From the human T2T-CHM13v2.0 reference genome, Homo sapiens: 64,000 nucleotides of DNA. Position numbers and translations under genes: made by a program. Position 1 is the stretch's first letter; each line of letters begins with the position of its first letter. Shown here in pieces: positions 14,875 through 29,720 of this stretch. The notes beneath the pieces were generated by a model that saw nothing but the letters and a program-made list of their open reading frames with translations, made no database searches and was not told the DNA's origin. The stretch lies in assembly GCF_009914755.1 (NCBI RefSeq), contig NC_060937.1; one strand, written 5' to 3'.

Positions 14875-15216
14875 AGGTACAATGAAAACCATTGTTAAAA
14901 TATATTCATATGCCACATTTCTCTATTCACCCTACCAGTTATATTTTCTAAAGATATTTTCCTTCTAATGTGTTCATTCACATGAAAATTTCATAATACA
15001 GATATTTCCAATTTTAGTCAAATATATTTTCAACTTTATAAAATACATCTAGCAAGTAATTCATTTTTAAATGAGAGAGCACACAGTATATAATGTATAA
15101 TGCATGTAGAATGCTTTTCCGTATATATATGTGTATATATGTGAAGATAAAAGAGATATAGTGTTTCTTTCAAATTATTGCTCAAAATTAGTAGACTGTG
15201 TATGAATTAAGAAATA

Positions 15217-15567
15217 CAGTTATTTGCTGCATAATGATATTTCAATCAATAATAGACCACACATATGATGGTGATTCCCCAAAGATGATATCATATTTTT
15301 ACTGTACTTTTTCTATGTTTAAACGTATTTAGATACACAGATACTCAACATTGTATTACAATTGCCTACAGTATTCTGTTCAGTAAGATGTTGTACAGGC
15401 TTGTAGCCAAGGGTCAATAGGCTATACAATATAGTCCAAGTGTGTAGTTGGTTAAACAATCTAGGTTTCTATAATTACATTCTATGACTCCATGATGTTC
15501 ACACAGTGAAATCACCTAAGGATGCATTGCTCAGAATGTATCCCTGTCATTAAGTCATGCATGACTG
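15217..15567 (+). mobile_element. Tigger3a-like TcMar DNA transposon
   Basis: TIRs CAGTTATTTGCTGCATAA and TTAAGTCATGCATGACTG, flanked by TA at both ends. Confidence 0.9.
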
Positions 15568-16129
15568 TAAATGCAATTGTTTTATTCATTTTCACACAAC
15601 CCATTTGCTAATGTTCTCTTTTTGAATGTGCTCATTTCCTATTTTATCTCCTACTTTTATTTCCATTTCTAGCTATGTTTTTATTCTTAATGCAAATGAA
15701 TAATCATATAAGTAATAATGAGAAGAAATTAGAAATCACACAGCAGTTGTAGGAAATGCTATTGAGAAGAATTAATATGTTTTTTCACATTATGTGGGTT
15801 TTAGTGTTATACTAGGAATAGATATTGGTTCAGATGGTTTTATTCTTAGTATTATATTTTTATACTCAGTTTTATATTCTTTAACTATTTCTGAGAGAAA
15901 GATATCAACTATCTTCTTTCCATAAGACCTGTAAAATTTTATCAGTAACCATATAAATTATGTCAGAATTTTCCAAATCCTTCACCATGGGACATTAGTT
16001 CTGTTAAAGAACTCTGTGGCCAAATACTTACATTAAATTAATTAAAAATCCTACCTGTAATAATTATTTGCTTTTTTAAAGCAAATAACTACTTGCTCTT
16101 TCAATTTTATTAACTCAATACATGTTAGA

Positions 16130-16645
16130 TAGTAATCAAAACAGCCTTAATATTCCCCTGAGATTGACTAAATTTTAGAATTTTTCCTCATTACAGGTCC
16201 CTGACCTCCCTTTTTAAAAGAGCATTCATTTTTAGAAAAGTTGAATTGTACATTTGTCTTTGTTCCATTGACATATAAATTTTTTTCACAGCCTTCTGCT
16301 GGTTTTACAAGCAAGCAATGTCTTTCTTAAGGACCTGGGAGCCATCTGTTCAAAATGCAATCAATAAAGGTAGCAACTCTTTCTCTGTGAGAGAGCAAGA
16401 GCTAAAAATTGAAAACTGCCAATTAGCAAAGACAGAATGACTCATCACATTACCAGCCTCTCTCATTATGTCCTCCAGTACTTTTCACTAGCTCATCCCA
16501 GTGCTTAAAAACTCTCCCTCTTTTTGTTTCAACTTGAGTTCAGTTCAATATCTCCTCCCTATTGCAGTAGTCCTAAATCCTATTGCAATAGTCTTAAAGT
16601 CCTTCTTGTCTGTTTGTTTTGCCTGGTGCACAATTTTCTTTGACA
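16130..16645 (+). mobile_element. MER31-like ERV1 solo LTR
   Basis: CCCTGACCTCCCTTTT, AAGGACCTGGGAGCCATC, GCCAATTAGCAAA; ends TTTCTTTGACA. Confidence 0.7.
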
Positions 16646-16910
16646 AGTATATCATGTTTGGGAAGAACTTTAAGAAATAACATCTGTTTAATATCATAGT
16701 TCTCAAAACATGAACACTTTGATAAACCTGAGCTTTATAAAATATAATTTCTGAAATGCAAATAAATGTAAATATTATTTATATGTAATATGTAATGACA
16801 TCAATAGATATTGAGCACTCACTATGAGCACAATCACATCTTTAGTATTAGAAAAATGCAAAAATATGACATTGTCTCTATCATGTATTATTTTATATGT
16901 TAAAAATGGA

Positions 16911-17229
<319 letters not shown>

Positions 17230-18689
17230 TTAAAAGTACATTCAAAATTATGAAGCAAAGCATACAAATTTGCTTTACAAAAATTATAAAACAGAAATGA
17301 AATATTCTTGCAATGCTCTAGGAAAAAAAAATAAACAGTCATGTTCTGGCAACACCATTCACTCCCTTTATCCCTTCAAGCCTGAATGTGTTTACTAATC
17401 TCCTGCTGTTACTTCTCCTGGTGCTTCACCATCCATTTTACCTGTGTGTCAATGCATATCTCTGGCTATGGTGTCTGAATGGATTAGTGAGGCTTTTGAC
17501 AAGGTCCAGTGTCTCAGATCCCAGTCTCCTGCACAAAAATTGTTGTAGCTAAAAATAATTTATTTTGCAAGAAATAAAATGTAATAAAATAAAAAGCAAA
17601 GCAGTGTATGGTAATGTCATGAGGAGATATTTGTTTTCTTAATTTATTCAATTACTGAGTAATGTGATTTTGTACAAATTATTCTACTTGGTGGGCCTAT
17701 CATTTATATAAGTTAAAGAGAAATTGTTAGATGGTGTGGTGTCTCAATTTTCTCTTTTTTGACATTATATGTTTTATGATTGCATCTGTTTTTGCTTGGT
17801 TTGTTGGTGTTTTCTTTTAATAATGACTACTGACCAGTAAACTTCACTCCTGTCAGCTCAACTATATTTTCCATTAGGTGAACTTTGCATTCTATATTTG
17901 GGATGCAACTCAATCAGCCAGACATGTATTTTGACATTGAACAAATATATTGCATGTCACTCAATTTACTCGATCTTTTCTAAACTGTATTTGAGGAAGC
18001 ATTAAATATGTCACTTCTAGAAACTGAAATAATTAAGAAGTATATCTGTAAATCAATCTTTTATAAAACTACCTTTTTCTTGAAATTTATTTTAAGAAAA
18101 ATGTTTCTCAATAACTTTTGGAAGGATTAGTAACAAAAGCGTATATGTTTGGTAGTGAAACATCTTATTAAGTTATAATGTAAAATTACATATAAAGTGT
18201 TATTTAAAGAACATGGAGTCATATATTGTCATAACTCCAACTTATTTTACTTTCACAAATTATTCTATTTCAATCTAATCCTAATAGATTCATGACTTTT
18301 TTCTATAATGGTGAACAATTTATTTTAAAAAATATTTTACTCTGAATTTACTCAAAGGCAAACATATCTTTGAGATGGAAAAGTAAGAACAAATTCTCCT
18401 CCACTGCATCCCCAAGTACTATCAAAAGAATAGGGTAGAAATGTAATATTTAATTTAAAATGAAAGAATCAAAGTCAAATTATACATTTTCCTAAATTTT
18501 CAAAAAATTACAAAACTGATGAGATTTTAGTGACTGATGACAAAAATTATTAGATGTAAGGCCCAGAATACTGGGAGAATAAATATGTAGTGAAAGAGGG
18601 AGTCCCTTTTTCCAGCCAAACTTCAGAATGTATTACAATCAGATCTGGCAATAACACACACCAGGAACAAGCTTTGGGAAAGAAGAGTT

Positions 18690-18726
18690 GAATTGAATTG
18701 AATTGAACTGAATTAACTTGAATTAA
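18690..18726. repeat. (GAATT)n simple repeat
   Basis: Seen directly; degenerate at the 3' end. Confidence 0.85.
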
Positions 18727-18810
18727 ATGGTTGTCAGTGGAAAGACTATGGAATTTCTTTCGACTTTTTTGTGCACACTATATTAGTGATCAGAGTAACT
18801 GAAAACCTGG

Positions 18811-19108
<298 letters not shown>

Positions 19109-19940
19109 GGAATTACACACATGCAAATTACACACATGCAAAGTGTCAATCATTTGATCTCTAAATAAATCGAAAAAAAAAGCACTATTGTGGTCTAATA
19201 GTTTCGACATTTCAGGATAAATTGTCACTTATTTTGGCGTGGAAAGCAAAAGATAACTTACTAGTCAGATTGCATACCGAAGAAACCTGTAGTTGCTGTG
19301 AGGATAGCTGTCCATAAATCTCTGATTTTACTTTAATCTTACCATATGGCTAACTGATGGAAAGGCAGCGGAAGAAACATGCACCATTTCCGGGCATCGC
19401 AGATGAAGCCTCTTGTGTGTTCACCTCCTTATTCTTTCATGAAGGAGAAGATGATGACAAAGGCATTATTTGAAGACCACTTTCCCCACCAAACTGTATT
19501 ATCTTATTTGGAGTAAAGATACAAAATTCTATTGCAATAAGTAATTATAGGTTTTTAGCATTTTTAAGCAATTTAACCTAGTTTATATTTGATTGAAATG
19601 GATACTTTGAAGGACGGTGCTCCAAGAAAAACATATGTTATAATGACAACAAAGAAAGTGAAATTCAGGACATTACTCAGTGGTCAGAAGTTGTGCACCA
19701 ACCAAGCTGATATGGAGACTAAAAATGAAACGCCACTATACCTTGGCAAAACATTTGTTAAGAATAATGACTGTGATAATTTGTTAGGCAGCATCAGTGT
19801 TAGTCAAGCTTGAGGTTTAGGGAAAGATTTCCAGTTCCTATGACTCATTAAAATGTCTTTGTCTACAGCTCAGGAAAAGTAGGGGGAAAAAGAACTCTGT
19901 GTCGAAAGGACCTTGTCTTCAGGAAGAGATTAAATTAACA

Positions 19941-20238
19941 CAGGGACTGACAAATAAAGGCCTGTGGCTCAGATCTGACAACCTGTGTTTGTATTGCCCC
20001 CTAGTTAAGAATGCTTTTTTTAAAAAATTTAAAGTTATTGAAAATTTCCAATGAGGTCTAATTTTTTGTGACACATAAAAGTTACATGAATTCAACTTCT
20101 GTATGAATACTACTGCTTTGTTAGAAAATAATCACACTTATTTATTTACATATTACACATGGCTGCTTTTGTATTATAATATCTGAGGTAATTAGTTGCC
20201 ACAAAAGATGTATGTGGCACTTGCATTTGACACCACTC
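19941..20238 (+). mobile_element. MER58B-like hAT-Charlie DNA transposon
   Basis: CAGGGACTGACAAA...GGCCTGTGG...CTAGTTAAGAATG...ATTTACATATT...ATGGCTGCTTTT. Confidence 0.7.
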
Positions 20239-20582
20239 TTTAACACTATGAAAATCACAGCAATGGAGTTATACCTGGAAAGTGTTTCTAAGGCCATACA
20301 CTAGTTGTCACCACACCTCAGCATTTTATTAATTTGTTTATTGCTAATGCATACTTGTAAAGTCAAAACAAGAAGAAAGAGACACATAGACTATCAATGT
20401 CACACATTAGGTGCACAGTAGAGTGTGAATTGAATCATAATGCATTTAAAGACTATTATAAATGAGTCTAGTATAACTGACCTCAATAACGCAATAATGA
20501 CACAAAATTAGAATATTAATCAACTATGTTAACTATACAGATTATTAGCAATAAAAGTTTATTAAGGTGAAAAGCTATGTAA

Positions 20583-20718
20583 ATCACAAAATTATTTACA
20601 TTTCTGAATATGTAAAAGTAATAATCATAAACAAGTAATGTTGATAATGCATCACAAAATTATTTACATTTCTGAATATGTAAAAGTAATAATCATAAAC
20701 AAGTAATGTTGATAATGC
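20583..20718 (+). repeat. Perfect 68 bp tandem duplication (2 copies)
   Basis: 20583-20650 is identical to 20651-20718. Confidence 0.97.
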
Positions 20719-21149
20719 TTTATTCATCTTGTCCATGGTTAAACAATTAGGTACCAGTAAATAATCTTAAAATATTGAATATCATTGAATATTCAAATAA
20801 AATTTGAATGTCATGTAATTATAAAAATCACATTTAAAGTACACTGTGTAACTGGTACATGTAGATTCATTAAAAATAACTAACATTTTTCTCTGAGGAA
20901 TAAAATGCTCTTAAAGAATCAGAGAAATACACCAAAAGCTTTATGAGAAAATTTGATTTTGTGATGCTGCTATTGTATGAAAATTAATATATGAATTAAA
21001 AGGACTCCTAATTATCATGTAAATAATACTCTTCATGGAACTTGATAAGGTGGTAAGAATATTATGAATCAATGAATTTGTGAGAGCCCTGAAGCTAAAT
21101 TTTTTGAGAGAATCTAAATAAAATGTCTCTGTGTCAGATTTTAAAGGTT

Positions 21150-21170
21150 TTCTTTCTGTCTGTCTTTTTG

Positions 21171-21205
<35 letters not shown>

Positions 21206-21487
21206 AAACAGACTGGAGTGCTCTGTCGCCCAGACTGGAGTGCAGATTCCAGATCATGGGTCACTGCAAACTCCACCTTCTGGGCTCAAGCTGTCCTCCC
21301 ACTTCAGCCTCTTGAGTAGCTGGGAGAAATTAGTATGCCCACCACTCCCACTAATTTTTGTGTGTTTTGTAGAGACAGCATTTTGCCATGTTTTCCAGAC
21401 TGGTCTAGAATTCCTGGGCTGAGGTGGTCTGCTCGCCTTGGCCTCCCAAAGTGCTAGGATTAGAGGCATGAGCCACCAGACCCAGCT
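21150..21487 (-). mobile_element. AluJ-like element
   Basis: Diverged dimer with CTGGGCTCAAG; long T tail; probable TSD AGATTTTAA. Confidence 0.92.
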
Positions 21488-22849
21488 GCAAAGATTTTAA
21501 TCATCTATAACTATAAAAATGTGTGTAGGAATAGGCAGAAAAAGGTAAACAGATAAAAACAAAAGAAATACACAATAGGGTCCAGAAACACTTCTGTTTA
21601 TATACATATATTTGGGAACAATATTTGCTCTTTGTGTGATATGAAGTTTTCTCATGCTGCTTCCTTCTAGAGCAAGTTTGGGGTCTGGTATTTGTTTCAT
21701 TCATATAGACATATTTTAAAATAAATGAAACCAGATTGGTTACCCATCAAACTTTTGTCCATACTTCAAATTATTCTTCACCTGTCTTGGAGTCGACAGT
21801 AGCAGCATACCCCCATGACAAAAGCTTGGAACCAAATATATTCTTATTTATGTATCCTATGCCTCATATAAACTTAATCACTAATTTTCTATTTCTTCTA
21901 CCTCTCAGAATACTCTTTACTCATCCTCTGTCTTCTTTGAACTTTGACAATAAATAAATGTTGTTTCCTCTTCTTCCACACATAAATTTGAAATTATTTT
22001 CTTTACTAAAAATTCCAATATATGATTCAAAGTTGTCTTATTACATTTTATAAAACTTTATATTTTACTAGTGTTCTTCTTCTTGAAACTCAGCCTTTTT
22101 ACACAGTATTGTATGCCATGTATAAGATTTAGGTTAATTTATGCTTCCCATGTGAGGCATCATGCATTTAATTGAAATAAATACATTGGACAACTTGTTT
22201 CCTAGGAAAGGACTTCTTTTTGGGGGCCAAATTAGAATACAATGGAATAAAATGAAAAAAAAATACACACACAAACACAGACACATACACATATTTCTTT
22301 AACTCTATGAAATATAAACTATTAAAATTAAATAAATATAATTAATAAATTTATAATGTTAGACTCAAATTTATGAGATGCTATTAAATTTACAATTAGA
22401 TGATTTTTGCTGAGTTAGGAAAGAATATTCTTAAAATATCTTTCAGTTGTAACCACACATAAAATATTTTTATAAAAAAATTTTAATGCCAATTTTATAT
22501 TATTGTAATGTGAACAAATTTTAGTAATAATTTATGATATGCTCATTCTCTTCTAAAAAAAGAAAATTCACATTTTATACTTTATTCAGTATAGCCTTAG
22601 CTGTCCTTGGCTACTTAATTTAAGGGAATTCTTATCAAAACTCCATAGAAATGAGTGAGAAGACATTCTCTGGAATTAATTTCTAAATTAAATTAATATT
22701 TTAAATATATAAAACAAGCTAGCCTCAAAAGTGTAAAGATAAGAAGCAGGATGACTCCCCAGTTATTTAGTGACTTCTATAAAGTTCTCAGACTTTTTCA
22801 ACACATATAGCAGTCAACTTGATATATATTTAAACATCTTTGAGGCTTC

Positions 22850-23239
22850 TTTATGGTTTTAAACGTGTCCGCTCCAAAATTTATATTAAAACTTAACCCC
22901 AAATGCATCAGTATAAAGAGATGGTGCCTTTAAGAGGTGATAAGACCATGAGGGCTCTGCCTTCATTGATGGGATTAGCACCTTGTAAAAGCATTAGAGG
23001 AAATAGCTAGGTCCTCTGTCCCTTTTTGCCTTTCTGTTACATGAGGCACCTACACTTTGCTTTCTGACGATGCCGCAACAAGGTGCCATCTTTGAAGCAT
23101 AGTGTACTTTCACAAGACACTGAATATGCTGGAGTCTTGGTCTTGAAGTTCCCTGTTTCAGAACTGTGAGAAATTTCTATTATTTATACATTATTCAATC
23201 TAAGGCATTTCAATATGGCAGCAGGAAGGGACTAAGACA
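22850..23239 (+). mobile_element. MLT1A/MSTD-like MaLR solo LTR
   Basis: TATGGTTTTAAACGTGTCC...CATGAGGGCTCTGCC...AGAACTGTGAGAAAT...GGACTAAGACA. Confidence 0.85.
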
Positions 23240-23309
23240 CTAATTTTCATATAGGCACCAATTTTCATATAGACACCTCTGCATTCTTTTCATTAAGCTT
23301 AATATGAGG

Positions 23310-23712
23310 TCCATGCCACCCTCACCCCACAGAAATATCAATTTGGAAAACTATCCACATACACAAGTATTTTCACAAGAGCTAAAGAAACCAGGTGAGA
23401 GATCACAGTACCTGGTTGTGGAAAAATAAGAAGAAAAGAATCATTGAAGAAGGAAGGAAGGGCAGTTTTACATGGCCTGTCCCCAATCCCAGGCAGCAAG
23501 CCCACAGAAAAATACTGACTGCCTGGGGAAAGCAGGGGGAAGTGAACACAGGACTTTGCTTGGTCCCAGACACTGGGCCCACCACAGTAAAACTCAGTAC
23601 CAAGCTGACCCCATGGCCCGATATTCCAGACCAGTACCTGTGGACTAAGCCTCCAGAACCGCCAGGTGGAGCCATATAGCCCCTGGCTTCCGGCTTGTAT
23701 GACAGACTCAAT
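23310..23712 (+). mobile_element. Old L1 5' UTR fragment (L1M2/L1MA-like)
   Basis: CACAAGAGCTAAAGAAACCAGGTGAGAGATCACAGTACCTGG; locally GC-richer. Confidence 0.6.
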
Positions 23713-23719
23713 CAATCTC

Positions 23720-24420
23720 TCACGTTTTATGTGTCTGAAAATGTCTTTATTTAAACTTTGTCTTTCAAATATATTTTTTGCTGTATAAGGATTTTAGTAT
23801 GATTGCTTTCTTTTTATATTTTAAAGATATTAATCAATAGTTTCCTATTTTGTGTTATTTCTAACCAGAAATCTGCTCTTACATTTAACTTTTTTCATCT
23901 TCCTTGAATGTGTTTTTCTTTCTGCATTTTTGACAGACATTCTATTTTTACTTGTTTTAAGCAATTTGGTTAAGACGTGTTTTGTTACAGTTCCCTTTAT
24001 GATTCTCGTACATGGGATTGGTCGTGCTTCTTAAATTTTTGTATCTACAGTTATAATGAAATTTGGAAAATTTTGGACGACTATAGCTTCAGATTTTTTT
24101 TGTACACCTCCACCTTTATGGAAACATTATTATTAGGCTGCTTGAAGTTCTCTCTTTGTCACTGATTTCTATTTTTAGTATTTTCCCCCTTTTGTTTCAC
24201 TTTGGATAGTTTCCATTGCTGCATCTTCAAGTCCTCTATTCTTTTCCTCTTCAATGTCTTTTCTACCATCATTCGTTCCTGCATATTTTCCATCTGATTG
24301 TCCTATTATAGTTTTCATCTCTAGAAGTTGAGTTTGAGTGGAACTCCATCTCCTCTACTCTGAGAAACTGCCAGGATTTTTCTAGATTTTATCTTTGGGC
24401 TTTGGTTATTGATTTGCAGA
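23720..24420 (-). mobile_element. Old L1M ORF1-region fragment
   Basis: GTCTGAAAATGTCTTTATTT...AAATTTGGAAAATTTTGG...TAGTTTTCATCTCTAGAAGTT, typical antisense ORF1. Confidence 0.7.
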
Positions 24421-24519
24421 ATTTTTGTATATTCTTTATATAAATTGTTCGTCAGGTAAGCACATTAAAAATACTTTTCCCAGATTGTATCTTACCCTTA
24501 AATTTTAATGTATTTTAAG

Positions 24520-24790
24520 AAATCATGATAAAACAATAAATTTACCATATGAACCTCTTTTAAGTGTACATTTCAGAGTTGTTAAGTATATCAATAAGCA
24601 TATTCATGTAGTTGTGCAACAGACTTCTAGAAATGAAACTGTATAACGATTAAATACTAATACTCAATCCACCCTCTCCCCCTCCCTTGGTAACCACCTT
24701 TCCACTTTCTGTCTTTATGGTTTTGCTTCTTTAGAAACTTCATATTAGTGGAATCTTAGAAGATTTGTCTTTTTCTTTGACTGGGATGAC
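24520..24790 (-). mobile_element. L1MB-like 3' end
   Basis: AAATTTACCAT...TTTTAAGTGTACA...GTTGTGCAAC...TGGTAACCACC. Confidence 0.75.
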
Positions 24791-25202
24791 TTAAGCTTTT
24801 GTCAAATTATTTGAAATACCTAGTGAAAACATACTACATGTAGGTACACTTAGATCACCTTACACATTTTTCATTATGTTTACTCTCTGGCTTTGAAATC
24901 TAATGCAGTGACAAATATACATTATATATTGCTATAATTTATATGTATTTCCTGCTTATAGTTTAAGACATTTTCATGCGTCTTCCTTGTTTAAACTTTT
25001 ATTAATATTTTAAATAAAGCAAAACTTGCTATGTGTTTTATAATCAAGGAAACTGGCTTGTCTACACATTTATTTGTCTCTTGTTTTATATGCAATATCA
25101 AAGTAGTATTAATTTCTTCATGTAATGGAATATGTCTTGGTTATTATTCCTATGTAATTATGTTTATCTTTCCTTCAACAGAAACAGGGAATAATATAAA
25201 TA

Positions 25203-25970
25203 CAGTCATGCACTGCATAACAACATGTCAGTCAACAACGAACTCCATATATGACAGTCACCCCAGAAGAACATAATGACGCTCAACAATTCCTACTGCC
25301 TAGTGACATCTTGATAATTCTGACCTGGTATAGGCCTAGGATAATGTATATACTTGTGTCTAGGTTTTTAACAAAAAAGATTAAAGAGTAAAAAATAATT
25401 AAAATATTAAAAATAAAAGCATTTTTAGAAGTAAGAATATAAAAAATATTTTGTACAGATGTAAATACGTGTGTTTTTTAAGCTAAGTATTATTACAAAA
25501 TGTCAAAAAGTTAAAAATTTTATAAAATAAAAAAGTTACAGTAAGCTAAGTTCAACATATTATTAAAGACATTTTTAAAAGTAAGTTTGTGTAGCTTAAG
25601 AGTGCAGGGTTTACATAGTTGACAGTAGTGTACAGTCATGCTTTTGGCCTGCACACTTACCACTCATTCATTGGGTCACCCAGAGCAATTTTCATTCCTG
25701 CAAATTTAATTCATGTTAAGTGACCTATACAGGCGTACCATTTTTTATCTCTCATATTATATTTTTACTGTACTTTTTTTTTTAGAAATATATAAATATA
25801 CAATTCTTACCATGGTGCTACCATTACCTACAGTATTCAGTGTAATAACACTTTGTATAGGTTTTTATTCTAGGAGCAATAGCCTATACCATACAGTAGG
25901 CCACACCATCATGGTTTATGTAAGTATTCTCCATGATGTTTGCACAATCATGAAATTGCATAAAGACACT
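25203..25970 (+). mobile_element. Tigger3b/c-like DNA transposon
   Basis: TA followed by TIR CAGTCATGCACTGCATAAC; the 3' part is homologous to 15290-15530. Confidence 0.88.
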
Positions 25971-25993
25971 TAATAATTATTAAATAAAAATGA

Positions 25994-26182
<189 letters not shown>

Positions 26183-26874
26183 TAAAAAAATTATTTTTTG
26201 ATTTTGGTTAAAATATCTACTATTTTTTAAAGATGTGTAATTTCTGACTACCATATGTTTTATTATTTGTAGAACTTAAAGATATTGTCACATTTCAAAT
26301 ACATATTTTTTGTACTATTCATGTAATCAGAAATTTTATTTTAAATTTAACATTCAAAAATAAATAAAAAACATCATTTAATAATGTTAAACTACACAGG
26401 CAATCAGATAAAACAAACAGTATAAATCAGTACATTAGAGATCTGATTACATATTTTTGTTTGTTAAACATATGACTCCAGGGATCTAAGCATCACCATT
26501 ATTTGACACATTAGTCATCTGGAGTTGTCATGAGTTAGCAAACCAAAAATTCCCAGAGTTAATTTTACAAGCCTCAGTAGTTTGGGAAGTCTTGTCTCAT
26601 CATTTTTTTTCATAGTTCTAACATTTATCACAGAATACAATTATAATTGTTTATTCACTAAAGCAAAACACAACCTTAGGAGAAATACAAGAGTTATGAC
26701 CTGTATAATTAAGAAAAGAATGATGTTCCGAATAAATAGACAGGAGAATTGGACTTATCCCAAAACCCACAGTTTGTTCTTTAATCAATAAGTAAGTAAC
26801 AATGAGAATAGTCTATATTTTCAACAATTGCTACTTTAAGGAATATCAAAAATTCAGAATCCACCAAGTTAATA

Positions 26875-27027
26875 AAACTCTAAAATAAATGAGTACATCT
26901 AAACCTGAATATTTTTATATTATAATACAGTAAAATAGTCAGTAAAATAATACAGTAAAATGACTATTTTACTGTATTATAATATAAAAATATTCAGGTT
27001 TAGATGTACCCATTTATTTTAGAGTTT
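26875..27027. repeat. Inverted repeat with 67 bp arms and a 19 bp spacer
   Basis: 26875-26941 is the reverse complement of 26961-27027 with a single mismatch. Confidence 0.97.
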
Positions 27028-27619
27028 ATAATATAATACAATATTATTATACAAGTCGAAGATGTTATTGATGAAAATTCATGTCATACGCCTATGGTAT
27101 GCCAAAATAAAGAGGCAATACTTTCAGTTAATATCTCTCTGTATCTTACTATCTCTTTCTGCTTCTCCTTTCCACACTGTCGGTTTTATAATTTTAGCAA
27201 GGCATGTAGTTGAGGTGAATTTTTTATATTTAAGTAAACTCTTGCATTTGTTTGGTGGAAAAATCTGATAAGCAGATAGGAAAGGAGGGTAAATTTTATA
27301 AAGGTATGATCAAACCAATAAGAATGATTAGCAATATTAGACAAGGCAACAAACTAACAAAAACGAATAAACACCAGCAAGAAACAAGAAGACAAATTGG
27401 ATATCTTCTACAAGGGGGACGAAGTAGAGAGAGAATTGAAAAAAAAAAAGTGAAATAATAGAAGTCAGAACCATGGAGAAATCCCACATTTGGTGGTCTG
27501 CCTCTGCTAATGTTGCTAATAACAAAAATGAATTTTAGTAAGGAATGAATATTTGGTATAAACTGCATAAGAGTGTGTGACAGTTTATGTGGGTGTGTGT
27601 TTGGTGCTATGTCCTTTTT

Positions 27620-29720
27620 AAATACTTACTAGAATTTACCAGTAAAGATACCCAGATCTGGTGGTTTCCTCATTAGAGGAAGTTAACTACAAATTTAACT
27701 AAAACAGCAACAACTAGGGCTATTCACATTCCTATGTCTCATTGGGAGAACTTGAGCACTGTCCTTTAACATGGTCAAGTTACTGGAAAATCTTTGATTG
27801 TGGCAGGATTGTATCACAGGTTTGCTAGGCAGGATTCCAACAACACAACAGCCTTCAGTTTACTAATAATTTTGTTCCACTGTTGAGGTAATACTCTTCT
27901 GATTATTTACTTGAAGTTCGTTGTATTGTGTATTTATTTTCACCTGGCATGGTAAAAATATTCTATTCCTGTGAGAGCGCCAGGAGTTGATTCACCTACT
28001 TCATTTGGGTGGCTCCTTTCCCGGCCTTGGCAATGTTCCTTATACCCATGTGCTAATTACTACTCAGATAGAGATTCATGGGGCATCCTCTGAAACTCTC
28101 TACAGAACTTTCTCTTACAGCTCTGTTATTTGTTCTTTGTCTGTAATCTCTAGACACCTTTGCCTCTCGAAACACCGAACTCGGTCTCTATAAGTCACTG
28201 AGCTGAACCTGCTTTCTTCTTCCCTGTCCTGAAACGTATTAATCACCTCTAGGTTGTGAGCTTGGTGAACAGGAGGGCTCATCTTGTTTATTTTCACTTT
28301 TATCAGGAATTACTTTTCTATGATGTCTGCTATCCAGTGTCTGAAAACTGCTGTTATATATACATATTTTTCACTTCAGCCTTATCCTGCTGAATTCAGG
28401 TTCTACTCCTAACAAGTTCTCCTCAATGTATAGCTTTCAAATGGAAGTGACCTTCAGAAAGTTTGAGAGTTCATAGGATCCAGAAGTTTCACATATTTCC
28501 CACTGTAATTGTGCCCTGTCCTTGAAGATGAAGCCTCTCTTTATTGGAGCAGCTATTCTCAGCTTGGCTTTCCATGCTTACTAGAAGGAGCAATGGTCTC
28601 TCAAATTACATGGTAACTCTTTGTTGTAGATTTGTGAGGCTATCATGAGTCACTTTGCCTTCCTTCCTGTTTCTGCTGAACCGTTGATAATAACCTAGGG
28701 TTCTGATTGCTTTTAGTGCTTTGACCCACATGTTTGCATCATTTGGAGTGCACTGGGGATACTTACTTGCTTAATTTTGTTATAAATGTATGTTTTACAA
28801 TATTTTTTACTATAGTTGTTTAACTTGTTTTCGTTTGGAGAGGAGTTGAAGAAACTTGAGGAAATTTCAAAAACTGTGTCACAGAAGCTATCTTCAGAAG
28901 ATAAAATTTCTCTTTTTCTCTCTCTTCCTGTTTTTCTCCAAATGTTCTATTTTTTTCTGAGTGTTCGAAAATAAGTTGCAGATATTTTGACACTTCAACC
29001 ATGAATACATCTGCATAGATATCATAAAATAATACCATTAACATTATAACTGAAAATCAAGTATAGTTCTATAATGATAATGTTGTGTAATTAATATACA
29101 ATCCATACACAAAGGTTCATAATAGTTCCAAAAATGCAACACACACAGAGAAATACAACAATTATGTTTCCCTATTCAAGAAATAATGGAAGTTGCCATT
29201 GTGTTTCCTATATCTCTTTGATCCCCTTTGACCCTTGGGAATTTCTGTTTGTCTGTCTTTATATCATTGATTCATTGGCATTATTTTTTATAGAATGTCC
29301 CACATTTTAGAATTATCTGAATGTTTTCTTATGATTCGAGTCTTTTTATACACCTTTAATAGCAGTGACTAATAATGAAGTTGTATAATTCTTACTGCCT
29401 CAAATCAGCAGACACATGATGACAGTTTGTATTCAGACGGTGTCTAATTTTCTATATGTTGCATAAACTGTGTCTTAGCTCCTTATTTTGTATGTATATT
29501 TTTTCTCTGTTATTGGAAAATAATTAATGCATTGATACTTTTAAACACTGTGAATAAGCTATGCCTCAGTATCTTTCCATTTATGCCATTAGCTTCCATT
29601 TATAATTAATACACTAATTAGTTATTGCATTGTAATTTGCAAAATGGTGGGTTTTCAGTCTTTCATTCAACATGAATTAATTGGCTCTTCTGAAAAAATA
29701 GCTTTCTGCCATTTTTCATT
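27620..29720 (-). mobile_element. Patchwork of old L1M fragments
   Basis: TAGAATTTACCAGTAAAG, TATCCAGTGTCTGAAAACTG and ATAAGTTGCAGA...TAGAATGTCCCACATTT resemble antisense L1MC/ME; boundaries are uncertain. Confidence 0.5.

Noticed and set aside
19589-19813. 74 aa ORF in unique sequence as a possible exon or retrocopy
   Set aside because: No recognisable protein similarity, poly(A), TSD or supporting splice structure.
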